Shown piece after piece: positions 51,756-64,000 of a DNA stretch of 64,000 nt. The number at the start of each line of letters is the position of its first letter. Positions within the stretch are counted from its first letter, which is position 1. The translations under genes and the position numbers were made by a program. The notes under the pieces were generated by a model that saw only the letters and a program-made list of their open reading frames with translations, did not search any database and was not told the DNA's origin. Where the stretch lies: assembly GCA_040285855.1 (NCBI GenBank), contig JAUFOQ010000010.1, forward strand, positions 372,001 to 436,000, read 5' to 3'. This stretch comes from Eukaryota sp. GEM-RC1. Taxonomy: Eukaryota.

Positions 51756-54280
51756 ATTTGGTGTAATATATGCTAAGCTAACGTCATGAAATAATCAATT
51801 TCAACATTTCAATGTTTGCTTGCATTGTTTTAAATTCATTTTAATTTTATCTAATGATTCTTCATTAGTTGTGAAACCAAGGTAAATAATATATTTGTCA
51901 TCTTTTATTTTAAGTAATTATTTTTGAATACTAGTACATTTTAGATATCTAGATCTTTTCCGTCATTAATAATCATCGACTTTCAGGCAAACTTTATTCG
52001 GTACCCAATAAGGTTACTTTCCTTCAAAACTATGAAAGTGCAAAAACAAACAAACATCACTAAGATTGAATCCAAACTTTATCCCTATCCGGTAAAAAGA
52101 TTACGTTTTTTAATATTAACCTTCACACCAAACTTTTACAGCTTCTCAACTAATCGAAAATATTGGAATACCAATAGCTTGAAAGATATGCATTACCGAA
52201 TGTTGAGGTTCAAAAAAATACAGAAAAGTTGGTTGAATCATTTTGAAAATTAGTCAGTGACTTACTAGCAGGCGAACAATATAACGCCAAATTTACCAGC
52301 ATACAAGCAGTATATTTCAGTTGAGATCAGTCCTAGAATCTGCTATATCCACAAAGCGTGAAACTAAAGTTGTTAATTCCTATAGCCATCGCACTCGTTT
52401 CTTCAAATGAACTAATTTAGACAATTGACTGAGTAGCAGATGGTCTGCTTGAGTTGCACTGATATATATAATTAATACTTTTGGTGGAATACATTTTGTG
52501 AACCAGTTTGCCCATTTTTGAAAGTCCATCCTTTATTATTATCTCTCATATCACTTAACCACTGAAAGTTAGCTCATATTGAGCTCATCCCCAACATACA
52601 CATTACAGTTCTTCCGTTTTGGTTGTTTACCATCTTGAACATGTGATAAACTAGATCGTATCATCAGCCATTTGTTTTGTATATCTTTAAATAATCGGAT
52701 TGATGCGAATTGCTGTTCCGAGAATACCCAGAAACTTTCTTTTGTCGATTCCTTATCCACCAACTTCTTCTTATCCTGTGATTATGATGTCTTACGAAGA
52801 CAAGATTCTGGGTCATTATGTAAAGATTAGTTCCAGTAATAGACCGTTATGCTGTGTTTCTGACACTAATAATGGATGTCTGGGATTTTATGGTTATTGT
52901 GTGCAGAATATGGTGTATTTCAATGGCTAAGTCGGTTGAATATCAACCTGATAGAAAGTACGTCCAATTTGTTAACGTTTCTTCTTAGCAAATGTTACAT
53001 CGTTGTTATTCAACTAGTTTTTGTTGTTATGACTACCGTGTCATGGAATCGTTTCAAAATTAGATTCAAATGTATTACGGTGGTCATCAAAAAGTTGAAA
53101 AAAGTCAAGTCCTTTCACAATGCACAATGTTCAACGAAGTGAAGTGTACTAGTATGGTCCAAACTGGACCAGAAACAGCCGATTCTGCATAGTAATTTTC
53201 AACGGTGATGTAGAATTTGTAGTAGAAATCGTGTAAGCATGGATGGGAAAACTTGGATCGGCAATATAATACATCGGTATTTGTGCAAATCAATACATTA
53301 ATATTGGCTAAATTGTATTGTGTCGTATTGGGTGCTATTTAAGCTTTACATTTTCAATGTAATAATTTGACCCTAAACAGATCAATGTATATTGTTTAAT
53401 TCTACTTACACAAGAAATGATGATCACAAAGTTTAGTGATCGTTGAGATCCCACAGTTTGATGATGTTGTAGTGCAAGAACTACTGCATTACAGAGCTAT
53501 GCTACGTTAAATCTGTGCTTCTCAAACTGACGAAACATCTTGTTATGGAGAACAAAAACTAAACTGCCTCTGAAAGGGTAGAAATTACTCAATTGTTAGC
53601 CACGTGTGTTAGGATAGTTGTGAAATCCTTCGTTTTCATATATGAACACTTTTATCACATCAACATATGTAAGGAGATATGAATTCTGTTGAGAAATCTA
53701 TATAAAGTCAATACTACCAATAAATTGCAATACAGTAATGAAATACAACATGAAACTGAACCAGTACAATCCAAAACACAACCTAAATAACCAATGGTAT
53801 ATTGACACCAATGTATTTTTTTTTTGGAAATACTGTATTTACAATCGAATTGTTCCCATCCCTACGTAACTATTGTAATATTCAACTATTTGAATGCTTT
53901 TATTCATGCAAAATGTTGATTTACTTCAAAATTTGGATGATCAAGCACTTTGTCTAATACGATACACTTGCTTCAATGTTTGATTGTTGATGTACGGTCT
54001 ACCTTTCTATTGTGTAACATGGTCAATAGACCGTAGTGGGAGGGGTAGACACGAACAGCAAATGTCCTGATGTGTTTGTTGAAACTTTGTTCTACATCGA
54101 TCTAGAACATTGATAAAGACTTCAGTATCCGCTTTCGCTATTGAACTTAAAAACGGATTTATGTGCGGAGAAAATTCGTTATTGAACTATATATATCTAT
54201 ATATCTAAATCAACATCCTAACAATTCCAAAAAGGATTCAAAAATAGAGTAGGAGCTTGTGAGACAAAAGAATAAAATGG

Positions 54281-55931
54281 TTATAGTAAGGAAACTTCCA
54301 ATATTTTAATTTTTGCGTTAACTTTTAATACTTTTGATAATGCACTGATACCTTCATCTGAAACAGAGTTTCCACCCAGAGTAATAACTTTCAGTGTAGT
54401 ATTAATTTTCAAAGCATCTGCCAATTCAACAGCACCTTCATCTGAAAGGCAGTTTCCAGTCAAATTTAGACTAGTCAATGTATCATTGATTTTCAAAGCC
54501 TCTGCCAATGCTTTAGCTCCTTCGGCTGGAATATAGTTGTCCGACAGATTTACAAATGTCAGTTTAACATTGAACTTCAATGCATCTGCCAATGCTCTAG
54601 CTCCATCGGCTTTGATGTAATTTGAAATCAAACTAATACTTGTTAATGTAGAATTGATTTTCAAAGCTTCTGCCAATGCTTTAGCTCCTTCAACAGCAAT
54701 ATGGTTGTCCGAGAGATCAATAAATGTCAGATTATCATTGACTTTCAATGATTCTGCCAAAGCACCAACACCTTCATCTCCAATGCAGTTTGCTCCCAAG
54801 TTGATACTTCTCAGGGTAATATTGACTGTTAACGCATCTGCCAATGCTCTAGCTCCTTCGGAATTGATGTAATTTCCACTTAAATCAATACTTGTTAATG
54901 TAGCATTAACTTTCAGCATCTCTGAAAAAGCTCTAACACCTTCATCTCTAATAGAGTTTCCATCCAAATTAAAATCGTTCAGAGTAGCGTTTACTTTCAA
55001 CGCATCTGCTAAAGCTGTAGCTCCTTCATCTCCAATAGAGTTTCTACCTAAATGTACACTTTTAACTGTATTATTGACTTTGAACATTTCTGCTAAAACA
55101 CTAGCACCGGCATTTCCAATACTGTTGCACCACAGCTTAATAATGGTAACTGAAGCGTTTGCTTTTAATACATCCGCCAAAGCTCTAGCTCCTTCAGATC
55201 TAACTAAGGGCATCAGATAAACACTTGTAACTATAGTTATGCTATTTAACATTTTCAAAAATGGCATTGTAATAGAAGAATGAACAGCCACATCAAGCTG
55301 CTTAAGACGTGGGAAAATAACTGAAGACTTGTGCAGAAACTCCAAGTCATTGTGATTCTCCAAAGTCAATTCCAATCCTGAAAGTAAACCAGAATAAATG
55401 AGAAATTCTTCAACATTGAAGGTACCATCTACGTGTAAGAAAACAGACTGCACTTCTGCTCCAAAGTGGGAAGCAAATGAACATAGTTGAGGAAGATCTT
55501 TAGAAATTACACGAAACGTGTTTGTTTCCAAAACACCTTTTTACTGTCAGAAGAGCAGAATCCAAGAAAAAATGACTTACGAACCCGACTTGGTTAAAGA
55601 ACTTGAGTAAATCACGTTTCAATCTAGGAAGAGACCGACGAGGTTGAGCAAGAGTTACTTCAAGAGAAAGCTTACAAACACGTTTCAGCAAGTGCATGTG
55701 CACGAGGATCAACAAGGACTGTGGCAATCTTAAGCACCTAGAAGGAGATTGCGAAGAGGTAGAAAAACGGGGTTTAGAAGGGGAGGTACTAGCATTCAAG
55801 GATTGAACAGACACACAGTAAGGATTGACTTCTGTTTCACTTACATTGTGTGCGATGTTGACGAGACTGGTAGTGGTGGACGTTTCAGAGAGAGCCACAT
55901 TCTTCGTGTTGTCTTCGTAAAGGGGGAGCAT
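54281..55931 (-). CDS. LRR protein with F-box-like N-terminus and ~10 canonical 28-aa RNI LRRs (one frameshift near 55530)
   Basis: ORF 55500-55931 (LPQSLLILVHMHLL...VGFVSHFF) joins ORF 54281-55531 (TNTF...NSIGDEGATALADALKVN repeats). Confidence 0.85.
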
Positions 55932-56000
55932 TCAGTTGTGTAGAATTACTGGAATAACGAGTATGATCTCACTGTCGGATGGAAGATATAAGAGAAGGAT

Positions 56001-57281
56001 TTGTTTGAACTTTGTTCCTCATCTTCTAGTATCTTCTCTCCTTCCGAATGGACCACCTCCATCGATCTACATGTTAAGAACATAAGACTTCAACAGTCCT
56101 TATTGTTATTGATACACATTCACTTACTCAGACGCCTCTTATCGTCTTTTGTTGAAGTTCATTATCGTGAGCTTTGGCGTCGTCTTTCGGTTCTTAAGTT
56201 GAAGAAACATTTACTTGAATTCTATACACGAGTTGGCTATGTTAGCCATTGTTTCTTTGAATCTGCAAATGTGGCAGTTCAATATTTTTTCCACGCAAAC
56301 ACGTTTACAGTCGATTCTAAAGAACTTCGTCAACTGTGTTCGTTTGCATTTTTCCTCAGAGCGGAGGTGCAATCTGTTTTTTTGTGGGTTCGTGACATTT
56401 TGAACATTCAACAAGAATTTGTTTGCTATTCTCACATCATTTTAGGTTTAAGTGTTGTGTTGACTAATGACAGTGACTTGGAATTTTTAAACACTTGTCG
56501 CAACTATTTTCCTCATCTTAATCAAGTCCATGTTAGCGAATTTTCTGGTGATTGTTTACCATTGTTCGAAGTGTTGAAAGCCAATGTTTCAGTAACTAGC
56601 ATTGATCTATTCGGTTCTTGGATAGACACTGCACTAGCTGCACCTTTAGCAGATATGATTGCAGTCAATACCACTTTAGTCTATGTTGACATCAGTGGAA
56701 ATTATATCGGACATGATGGTGCAATGTTCTTGGCTTCAGCGTTAGAAGTCAATACATCAATAACGAGCATTTTCCTGGAAGAAAACTCTATTAGCTCAAA
56801 AGGAGCTGCTTACTTGGCATACTCGTTGATACGCAATGAAGGAATTACTTATATTAATTTAGCCGAAAATTATATTGATGTTGGTGGTGCGATTGCTTTG
56901 GCAGATATGTTGAAGCAGAATACAACACTGAAACGGATTGATCTAAGTTTAAACTCTATTGAAGACGAAGGAATTTTAGCATTGGCCAATGCTTTCAAAG
57001 TAAATGCCACAGTGACACATGTAGTCCTATCTGGAATCGGTATATGTAATGAAGGTGCGTTGGCATTGTCCGATATGCTAAGAGTCAATACATCATTAAT
57101 CAGTATTGATCTAAGCTACAACTATATAGGAGATGCAGGTGCTAAAGCGTTGATAGAGGCGTTTCAAATCAATTCTTCAGTGAAAACGATTTGTCTAATT
57201 AAAAACAGTATTGAAGACGAATCTATCGTGGCTTTGTTGGAGGCGTTGAAAGTCAATAAGAGAGTTCAAATAAAATATTAG
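56001..57281 (+). CDS. LRR protein with F-box-like N-terminus and ~8 RNI LRRs; true start uncertain (ATG at 55979 is off-frame by one base)
   Basis: Long open frame with LQQSLLLLIHIHLLRRLL...VGYVSHCFFES...ANTF and NxIGxxGAxxLAxxLxxN repeats. Confidence 0.85.
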   Translation: MFELCSSSSSIFSPSEWTTSIDLHVKNIRLQQSLLLLIHIHLLRRLLSSFVEVHYRELWRRLSVLKLKKHLLEFYTRVGYVSHCFFESANVAVQYFFHANTFTVDSKELRQLCSFAFFLRAEVQSVFLWVRDILNIQQEFVCYSHIILGLSVVLTNDSDLEFLNTCRNYFPHLNQVHVSEFSGDCLPLFEVLKANVSVTSIDLFGSWIDTALAAPLADMIAVNTTLVYVDISGNYIGHDGAMFLASALEVNTSITSIFLEENSISSKGAAYLAYSLIRNEGITYINLAENYIDVGGAIALADMLKQNTTLKRIDLSLNSIEDEGILALANAFKVNATVTHVVLSGIGICNEGALALSDMLRVNTSLISIDLSYNYIGDAGAKALIEAFQINSSVKTICLIKNSIEDESIVALLEALKVNKRVQIKY

Positions 57282-57899
57282 GTTTAATATAACAGCTACT
57301 TCACTTCAATATCTGAGAATCAAATCATTACACTAGTACCATTGTAACTGCGTTAGATTAAGGTTGGTAAGTTGAACAACATTTTGCGCATTATGACCAC
57401 AGCTGTCCTTTTAGCTTCCGGCTTACAATCATTTTGAAAAAGTGGACCAATTTTGAAACAGTTGTACTAATTTTCTTGTCAAAACAAGAACCATTCATTC
57501 TAAATCTTTCATTTTGTTAAAGTTTTTGAAATTCTTTGTTGGTGTAATGCGTTTGAAAGTATAATATTATCGTACCTGTAAGGTGAAGAGAAATCTTGAA
57601 TTTGAGTAATGCAAGTTTACAATAATACATTGTAGTATCAATAATATATGTAGTGATTTCAAAAATGACACATTATTATATATAGTTAAAAATGGAATGC
57701 TTACCATGTAAAAAAGAATAGCATTTTCTTTATGTTCCATTGAAAAGTAAAATATATAATTTGATTTTTTTTAATTTCTTTGATTAAAACCTCAACTAGA
57801 CAATCTACTCATAGTACCAATTGTCAACAGAATATTCAAATTAAATCTAACACGCTTACTTCTCTTTGTTTGATCCCTAATATTTCTCATTTTCTCTCC

Positions 57900-58490
57900 G
57901 AAGTTATAGTCTCTTCGAAGGCTTCCAGTTGAAGTGGTTGTAAAGTAGAAATCATGCATATTCTCAGGTATAACATCGAGAATTATAGCTAAATCATCAA
58001 ACTGTGAGTCAATCATTGTACTGACTTCCTGTGACTTCATCTGGAACTGAGTCTTGTTATAACAGTTCTTGATGTCTGAACTGTTAGCTATCACCGGGGA
58101 TAACCTTCCTGGAGTAACAACAACAACGTGAGGACGAGACATTAGCTCAGTAGATCTTGTATTGATACACACTACTAGATAATGCGGAGAGGAAAGAAAC
58201 CGTTGGTGAAAGCATCGAAATGTTGGACAATCTGGTGGCGAGTTCTCGAGTAGGAGTGCTCGACTCCAACAACTCGAAAAAAAGGACTTTAGAACTGTCA
58301 TGTGGAACTTGTACAAGTAAGTTTGTTAAGGATGGGAATGGCAAAAGTACATGTTTTACCACACTTTGTTTGAACAACTCACATGACAACCTTACCAAAG
58401 AAAGCAGGAAAGATGCAAGCAGCTTGAACTGCAGTAGGAATGTTTTTTGAAGCTGATCTCAGTTGAGATAGAGTGATGCCATTTAACACG
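57900..58490 (-). pseudogene. DEAD-box RNA helicase N-terminal pseudogene fragment (DBP8/DDX49-like)
   Basis: Q-motif TAVQAACI, motif I CGKTCTFAIPIL, motif Ia PTRELA and motif Ib PHVVVVTPGRL lie in different frames. The DEAD motif is absent. Confidence 0.7.
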
Positions 58491-58636
58491 CTAATCTTTG
58501 AGAAATTGCTCATGTATCTTAGGTAGAGATAGAACTACAATAGAAGTACAGACATGAAGAATTCTTCGTCATCAGAAATCATCTACTACTACTACTTCTT
58601 GCAGTAACTTCTACTGTACTAACACAACTCTTTCAC

Positions 58637-59672
58637 ATGGAACTAGTCAAAGTACTAGTAGCATGTGCTTGTTTAGTTGGCTTTACCGCAATAGGATTCA
58701 GTAGTTTACATCCACCAGCTCCACTTGATTCCCCTCTTACTAACTTCCTTGACGCTCATTCACTAGAAGAATTAGGGTTTCAACGTGAAGTATCCTACCC
58801 CATAGATAATTACGTCCACACTCCTATCGATGACGCTCTGTCATCCATCACAGAGAATGGTCTCTATGTATTGTCTGGACCAGATGAAATAGGAAAGACA
58901 GTCTCTCTATATCACCATTTAAGGAAAGATCACGTCATCTGGTTGAACTCTATCAACGGTCTATGCAACGGCCTTAAAGTACTTGGTTTTGAACATGATT
59001 ATAAAACTGAGGGGGGATTGTTTGTTGATAATATTAGAATCCCTGAATACGAAGAAATTCGTTTTGGTTATTGATCAGTTAGATTTGTTTTATTTTGCAG
59101 GTGTCAAGTCAATAATGCCACATCTATATCTCTTATTTGGTTCGGTTAAACCTGAATTTAAGATATTTCTGACCATTTCTAACTTTAAACTTTATAAGGA
59201 GAGTATCGAACCTTTTATTTCCCGATCAGCTGTTTATATTCAGACTTCTTATCCAGGTTTAGATGTTGTTCAAGCACTTTGTACGAGTTATAACCTATCA
59301 AATTGGGAAGAAGTTTTTAATATGACTGGGCCGTCGTTATTTTTGATTGGACAATATGCTGAGAGACGTAAATTGCGGTGTAATTTTCATGTTGGTCAAC
59401 AAAGCAACCTTCGTGGATTAGAGCATGCATTATTAGAGTTTACTAGATTGTTCACTAATGATTATATACAACTTGATCTTAGGAATACCACGATTACTCC
59501 ACAGGAGTTTGATAGGCTAGTTTCTGGTGGTATTCTGTCAGGACTTTACCACCAAGCCTCCTTTGAGTCGCCTCTTTATAGGAGATCAGCTTGTACGATG
59601 TTTGCTGGTCACAAGCTGCTTTCATGTAATGTTACTCTTTGTCATGACTCGTGGGCCGTAAAAAGTCGGTAG
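58637..59672 (+). CDS. P-loop ATPase with N-terminal hydrophobic/signal segment (one frameshift ~59010)
   Basis: Walker A YVLSGPDEIGKT, Walker B FVLVIDQLD and a hydrophobic N-terminus. Confidence 0.65.
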
Positions 59673-60485
59673 TTTATCACAATTTTATATATTTTAAGAC
59701 GCTTTTGTGTCGCAAACAGTTCTGTTTTCTTCAACATTATTGTTACAATATATTTTTACAATTAGTTATAACAGTGTGCTTATAGAAATGGTGTCTTGTG
59801 ATGGTATTCCTTTCTGGCAATGGACAGTTTTGAGACATAATCTTGATTCGCAAGAAGACTAACTAGAAAGTACTGGTATTAGACCAATTAGAATGATGAC
59901 CATTTGAGCTGTCGGAGTTTCAACAATATAAAACACAGTTGACAATATTCACACCTCATAATTGAAATCCTGATTTACCACCACTTCCATCCGAAGACAG
60001 TCAAAACAAACATCGCAATATTTCAGACTTGGTAATATTTTTCAAGTCCAGAGAGATGTCTAATATATTTAAAATGTTATAGAACCGGAATAACAACAGA
60101 AAAATTTTGCAATAATTCACTGAAACGTACTATGTTTTATTCGGTAGCAAAAGGTAATTACAAAAATACGACATTATAATTTAGAAAATGTAAGAATTCT
60201 TAGGTGACTTGAAATGTTTCCTGAGCTTTGGAACATGAATATTGAAAAAAAACAGGAAATCGACTTTGGTCACAGTATTTACCGTTTTTTTGAATAATTA
60301 GTCTAACTGAGAGAAATTTGTGTTTTGCGTCTTTTTCAACCTTTTGGATTCTAATTTCGTCAGATGAAAACTTGTCTCACTGAAACTATATGTTGTGACC
60401 AGTGAAGTAATTGTTTTGTAACATTTTTTACCATGTAATTTTTTTTGCTGTACTAGAGTTATTTAAAATGTAATAGATCAAACAA

Positions 60486-61388
60486 CTAAAATTTGATGTC
60501 ATTGAAACAACACCCGTCGCTATCAAACCTTACAACAGCTTTGTCCTCATAAAAGGCACTCACTGCTAATAAAGCTTTGGAGATGATTAGGGGAACTGTT
60601 TTAAAAATAGTAAAAACGATCCGATTCAACCATAACATATGATCAAAACGTTTGTTCATCCTATTTTTTACGATTTTTCCGAAATCGTTTAAAAAATTCA
60701 TTGCACTTTTCCTAAACGTCCGTAAATTGGAAACATCAAAAGAGCATAATTCGTATTCAACATGTTTTACATGTTTTAAAGCTAGCAATGGTTTCTTGTA
60801 CTTATCCTGTTTGGCCTGTTCAGAAATGTCTAAAAGAGAAGTTTCAGACAAAGCGTCCTTTAAAGATGTCTTTTTACAAACATCCACCGACACTACATCA
60901 ACAACAAACAATTTGTCTGAAGAAGAAGGGACAACAACATCTGCTCTCCTTTTACCAAAAAATTGGTTCTGTTTTTCGACATTACAATTATTACTTGGTT
61001 CTAAATATCTTAAAAGTGGTTCAACAAATGACTCAATTTTGTAAGACTTACACATAGCATGTATTTGATCTCTTACAGCATCATGCATACACGTTCGATA
61101 AGTTATGTAGCGATTACAACTTAACAGATGAGAAAACGTTAATTGTTTTCCACAGCTACATTGAAGATCATTTGGCAAATTATATGGCCATAAATAACAA
61201 CGAAGTCTCATTGTAGTGGTCCATTGATGATCATTTAATAACAAACCATATACTTGTGGAATTTGAATAATTAATGCCACAGCAGAACTCTCCTTTAAAT
61301 CAATTAAAAAATTAGCCAAAGCTGGATTTTTTTCCTTAGCCGAACTAAGACGGACTGTAAAATCTAAACTTTCATGTAAATTTCCCAT
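60486..61388 (-). mobile_element. 5'-truncated non-LTR retrotransposon: CCHC plus REL endonuclease domain (no RT)
   Basis: MRLR...CSCGK...HLLSC...MHDAVRD...VEP...RRADVVV...VVDV...EQAKQDKY, typical of the C-terminus of REL-encoding (CRE/NeSL/R2-like) elements. Confidence 0.8.
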
Positions 61389-63198
61389 TGAATTAAGCCT
61401 TTTAAATTAATTTTTATAGACGTATTGTTTTATGTTATAAATTAACGAAATACAAACAACTAGTACTAAAAAGATATTAAATGATCCACATCTACTCTTG
61501 AACTACCACGATACAATTTGTCCAAAATACGATTCAAATACTTTGGGAAACTTCTATATAAGGAAAAACAATGCAAAAAAATATTTAAATTCATTAATGA
61601 ATTAAAAATATTTATCATATAAAACATCCAACAAAGTCAATTGAATGTTGAGAGATAGTTGTAGTTTGGGGTGATCTATAAAATCATTACTCAAATGACG
61701 TTTTACAAGTCCACTTCTACCTGAATTCATCCTGGAAATCCTCATCGGACAATATAAAGCCAGAAACGTCACCAAAAGTCAAAGATCTGTTTACCCTGAT
61801 TAATTCACATAAATCAATGACTGACTTATTAAAGAAACAAGAATTATTCAAAGTTAGTTTCTTGATTGTGAAACATTGAGACAAGGGCTGTAGTTGTGCT
61901 TCACCAGTACACGTAGTTATATTCCAAAACTTTGAGTGAAAAACAAATCACTCATCATATTTACCTTGTTTGATATAACCCAAGATAATACAGAAGGAGT
62001 GAATCAAAAGATTGTAAACGACACAGGCTTGATGAAGAAGCGATAAGAGAAACATGGGTTTTTGGATAGGATTTAGTAGAGATTTTAAGGTACCTCAAAC
62101 TTTGATTCAGACACAGGGGTGATGCTATGACATGATCGTAGTCACATTGTGGAAGTACATTATAAGTGTTTGGAGAAAAAAGAAGATGGTTAAGAACATC
62201 AGACTGTATAAGAAGCAACGGAGAGTTATTAAAGGAGATGGTATTCTTCCAAACAATATTAGAATTCCGGTATAGTGTGACCTCCTGATTCAAGTACAGT
62301 CTACCCTCCCATTAGTGCGAGCCTTTGGTCAGACCTTAATGGGAGGTTTTGTTTGTACAGACATGAACAGCAGACGACAGCCTTTTATGATATATAAACC
62401 AACAAACTATGACTATTGTGCACCATTTGGTGATGAATTGAAGATGGCACGGATCTACCACCACGGGTAATCGTCGTCAAATTTAAGTGGTGGACACTCA
62501 ATCATCAGCAAATAGCAATAATCTCTCAGATTTCTGCTAAATGGATGGATGAGAGAAGGGGAGAACTAGTGCTAACGGGGAGGGCGATATAAGAGCGAGA
62601 AAGGTCAAGGACGGACCTGCAACTACCAATATAGGAAAGGAGAAAGTTTCAGATACTCAAAGAGACAAATCACAGAGAACTTGTTCTGAAACCGTTAGTA
62701 CGCAGAATTGAATATGTGAATAGAAGAACCCCTTCAAAGCATTGATACGACAATAGCAGCATTAACATTGCTAGAGAAGAGTGTTCTTAAAAAAGAGAAT
62801 CTACAAGAGGGATATAAAAGATAGGGTAATTTATGCAAGAAGTACACCTAAAATCGTATTCTCAAGATGACAACGAAAACAGCAGATGATTGGTGATGAA
62901 AAAGGGTAAGCTTATGTCTTAAGTTTACCCCTTGTTTCTTTGCTGCCTAAGAAACAATACTCTCTGTTATCTACTCTTTCTGAAAGTCAAAAATAAAAAC
63001 CAATGATCCCGGTTAAGCTAGATTAGAAGGGTGTGATTGTTGCAAAGATAAGGTATCGATTCTGGCTTATATATGGTACTGTAACTGTTGGAAGAGGTTG
63101 AAAAGGAACCCGAAAGGGAAAAAAATTGTCGTGCGACAAAATGATGTTGGAGTTTTTTTGAATGAACTCTTCGATCTGTGGTCTATTTTCTTCTTCCA

Positions 63199-64000
63199 AT
63201 GTCTCACTATCTCTGTGATATTTGTCATGGAATTCTCAAGAATCCGGTAACTACTTGGTGTGGCCACACCTTTTGTATGTCGGATTTGCAGGAGTGGCTT
63301 GTTTCTCATAACGGATGTCCGATCTGTCGAGCTGAAGTGGACAAGTCAAGGCTGTGTCCTAACTACAAGTTGAAAGAAGCTGTTGAAGCCTTTGTTGCTG
63401 GTCAAGGTGAGACTATTTGTTTTGAGTGTGATGAAGCTGCTGCCACTTGTTATTGCGCAGATTGTGACGCTGATTTCTGTGACAACTGTTTTAACCCTGC
63501 GCATCGCCCCAAGTTGCTACGATCTCATGTTGCTGTCCCCCTAAATAAGAAGCATGCCTACCTTGTTCCTAAGTGCCCCAGCCACAACATGAAGTCGTTA
63601 GAGTTGTTCTGCACCTTCTGCTCCGTTGCCCTTTGTTCCACGTGTGCTTTCCTTGGTGACCATGACCAACACAAGAAGAAGTTGCTTCCCTTCGATGAAG
63701 GTCGAACCTCTGTTGAAAAGAATATCAACTCAATTAATCAAGAGTTGTCGTTAGGCATTGAAAAAATATCACAGTCAGCTGAAGCTGCTATCCAGCAAGC
63801 AACAAGTGGTTTTGTCCAACTCAAAGAAAGTCTGACTCTCCTGCTGCAAGAAACTATGTTAGACTCTGCTACCATTATGAATGACTTACAATCTGGGAAA
63901 CCTGTCATTTTTACGCCAAAGATCAGCGAAAAATTCACTACCACCACTTCAACCCTTCTCAACAACCAATCTAATATCATCTCCTCTTTAAATGAAGAAC
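63199..64000 (+). CDS. Second TRIM-like RING/B-box gene (runs off the window)
   Basis: ATG at 63199; open frame nearly identical to 20290-21091. Confidence 0.9.
   Translation, partial: MSHYLCDICHGILKNPVTTWCGHTFCMSDLQEWLVSHNGCPICRAEVDKSRLCPNYKLKEAVEAFVAGQGETICFECDEAAATCYCADCDADFCDNCFNPAHRPKLLRSHVAVPLNKKHAYLVPKCPSHNMKSLELFCTFCSVALCSTCAFLGDHDQHKKKLLPFDEGRTSVEKNINSINQELSLGIEKISQSAEAAIQQATSGFVQLKESLTLLLQETMLDSATIMNDLQSGKPVIFTPKISEKFTTTTSTLLNNQSNIISSLNEE

Noticed and set aside
62297..62355. Tiny TA-flanked inverted repeat (cctcccatta...taatgggagg), rearranged in the 19400 copy
   Set aside because: Possibly a pogo-type MITE relic, but the termini are too imperfect to call.

Overview
AT-rich eukaryotic DNA, probably from a protist, with apparently intronless genes and the standard genetic code. 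It is a rapidly evolving leucine-rich-repeat (LRR) gene cluster mixed with transposon debris. The centrepiece (20290-35363) is one complete TRIM-like gene (RING, B-box1, B-box2, coiled coil, RNI-type LRR) followed by seven tandem, same-strand, 5'-truncated copies carrying only its linker and LRR part. The 84-bp LRR repeats are almost identical in DNA. They vary almost only at the solvent-exposed beta-strand codons (14 strand variants among 54 strands) and in copy number (11, 5, 7, 6, 5, 13, 4, 3), with signs of in-register recombination between units. This looks like an expressed ubiquitin ligase plus a reservoir of variable recognition cassettes. A second copy of the TRIM-LRR gene starts at 63199. 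The window also holds five large LRR genes sharing an F-box-like N-terminus, a degraded Fanzor1 flanked by two PolB-exonuclease-like domains, a possible TnpB/Fanzor2 remnant, an intact hAT MITE and a CACTA/TA-type MITE. Remnants of non-LTR (REL endonuclease), gag, pogo and hAT elements, NTPase genes and a DEAD-box pseudogene are also present. The two halves of the window are partly collinear duplicates (offset about 31-43 kb). Many frameshifts fall in homopolymers and are probably long-read errors. All assignments come from reading motifs by eye; no searches were run.
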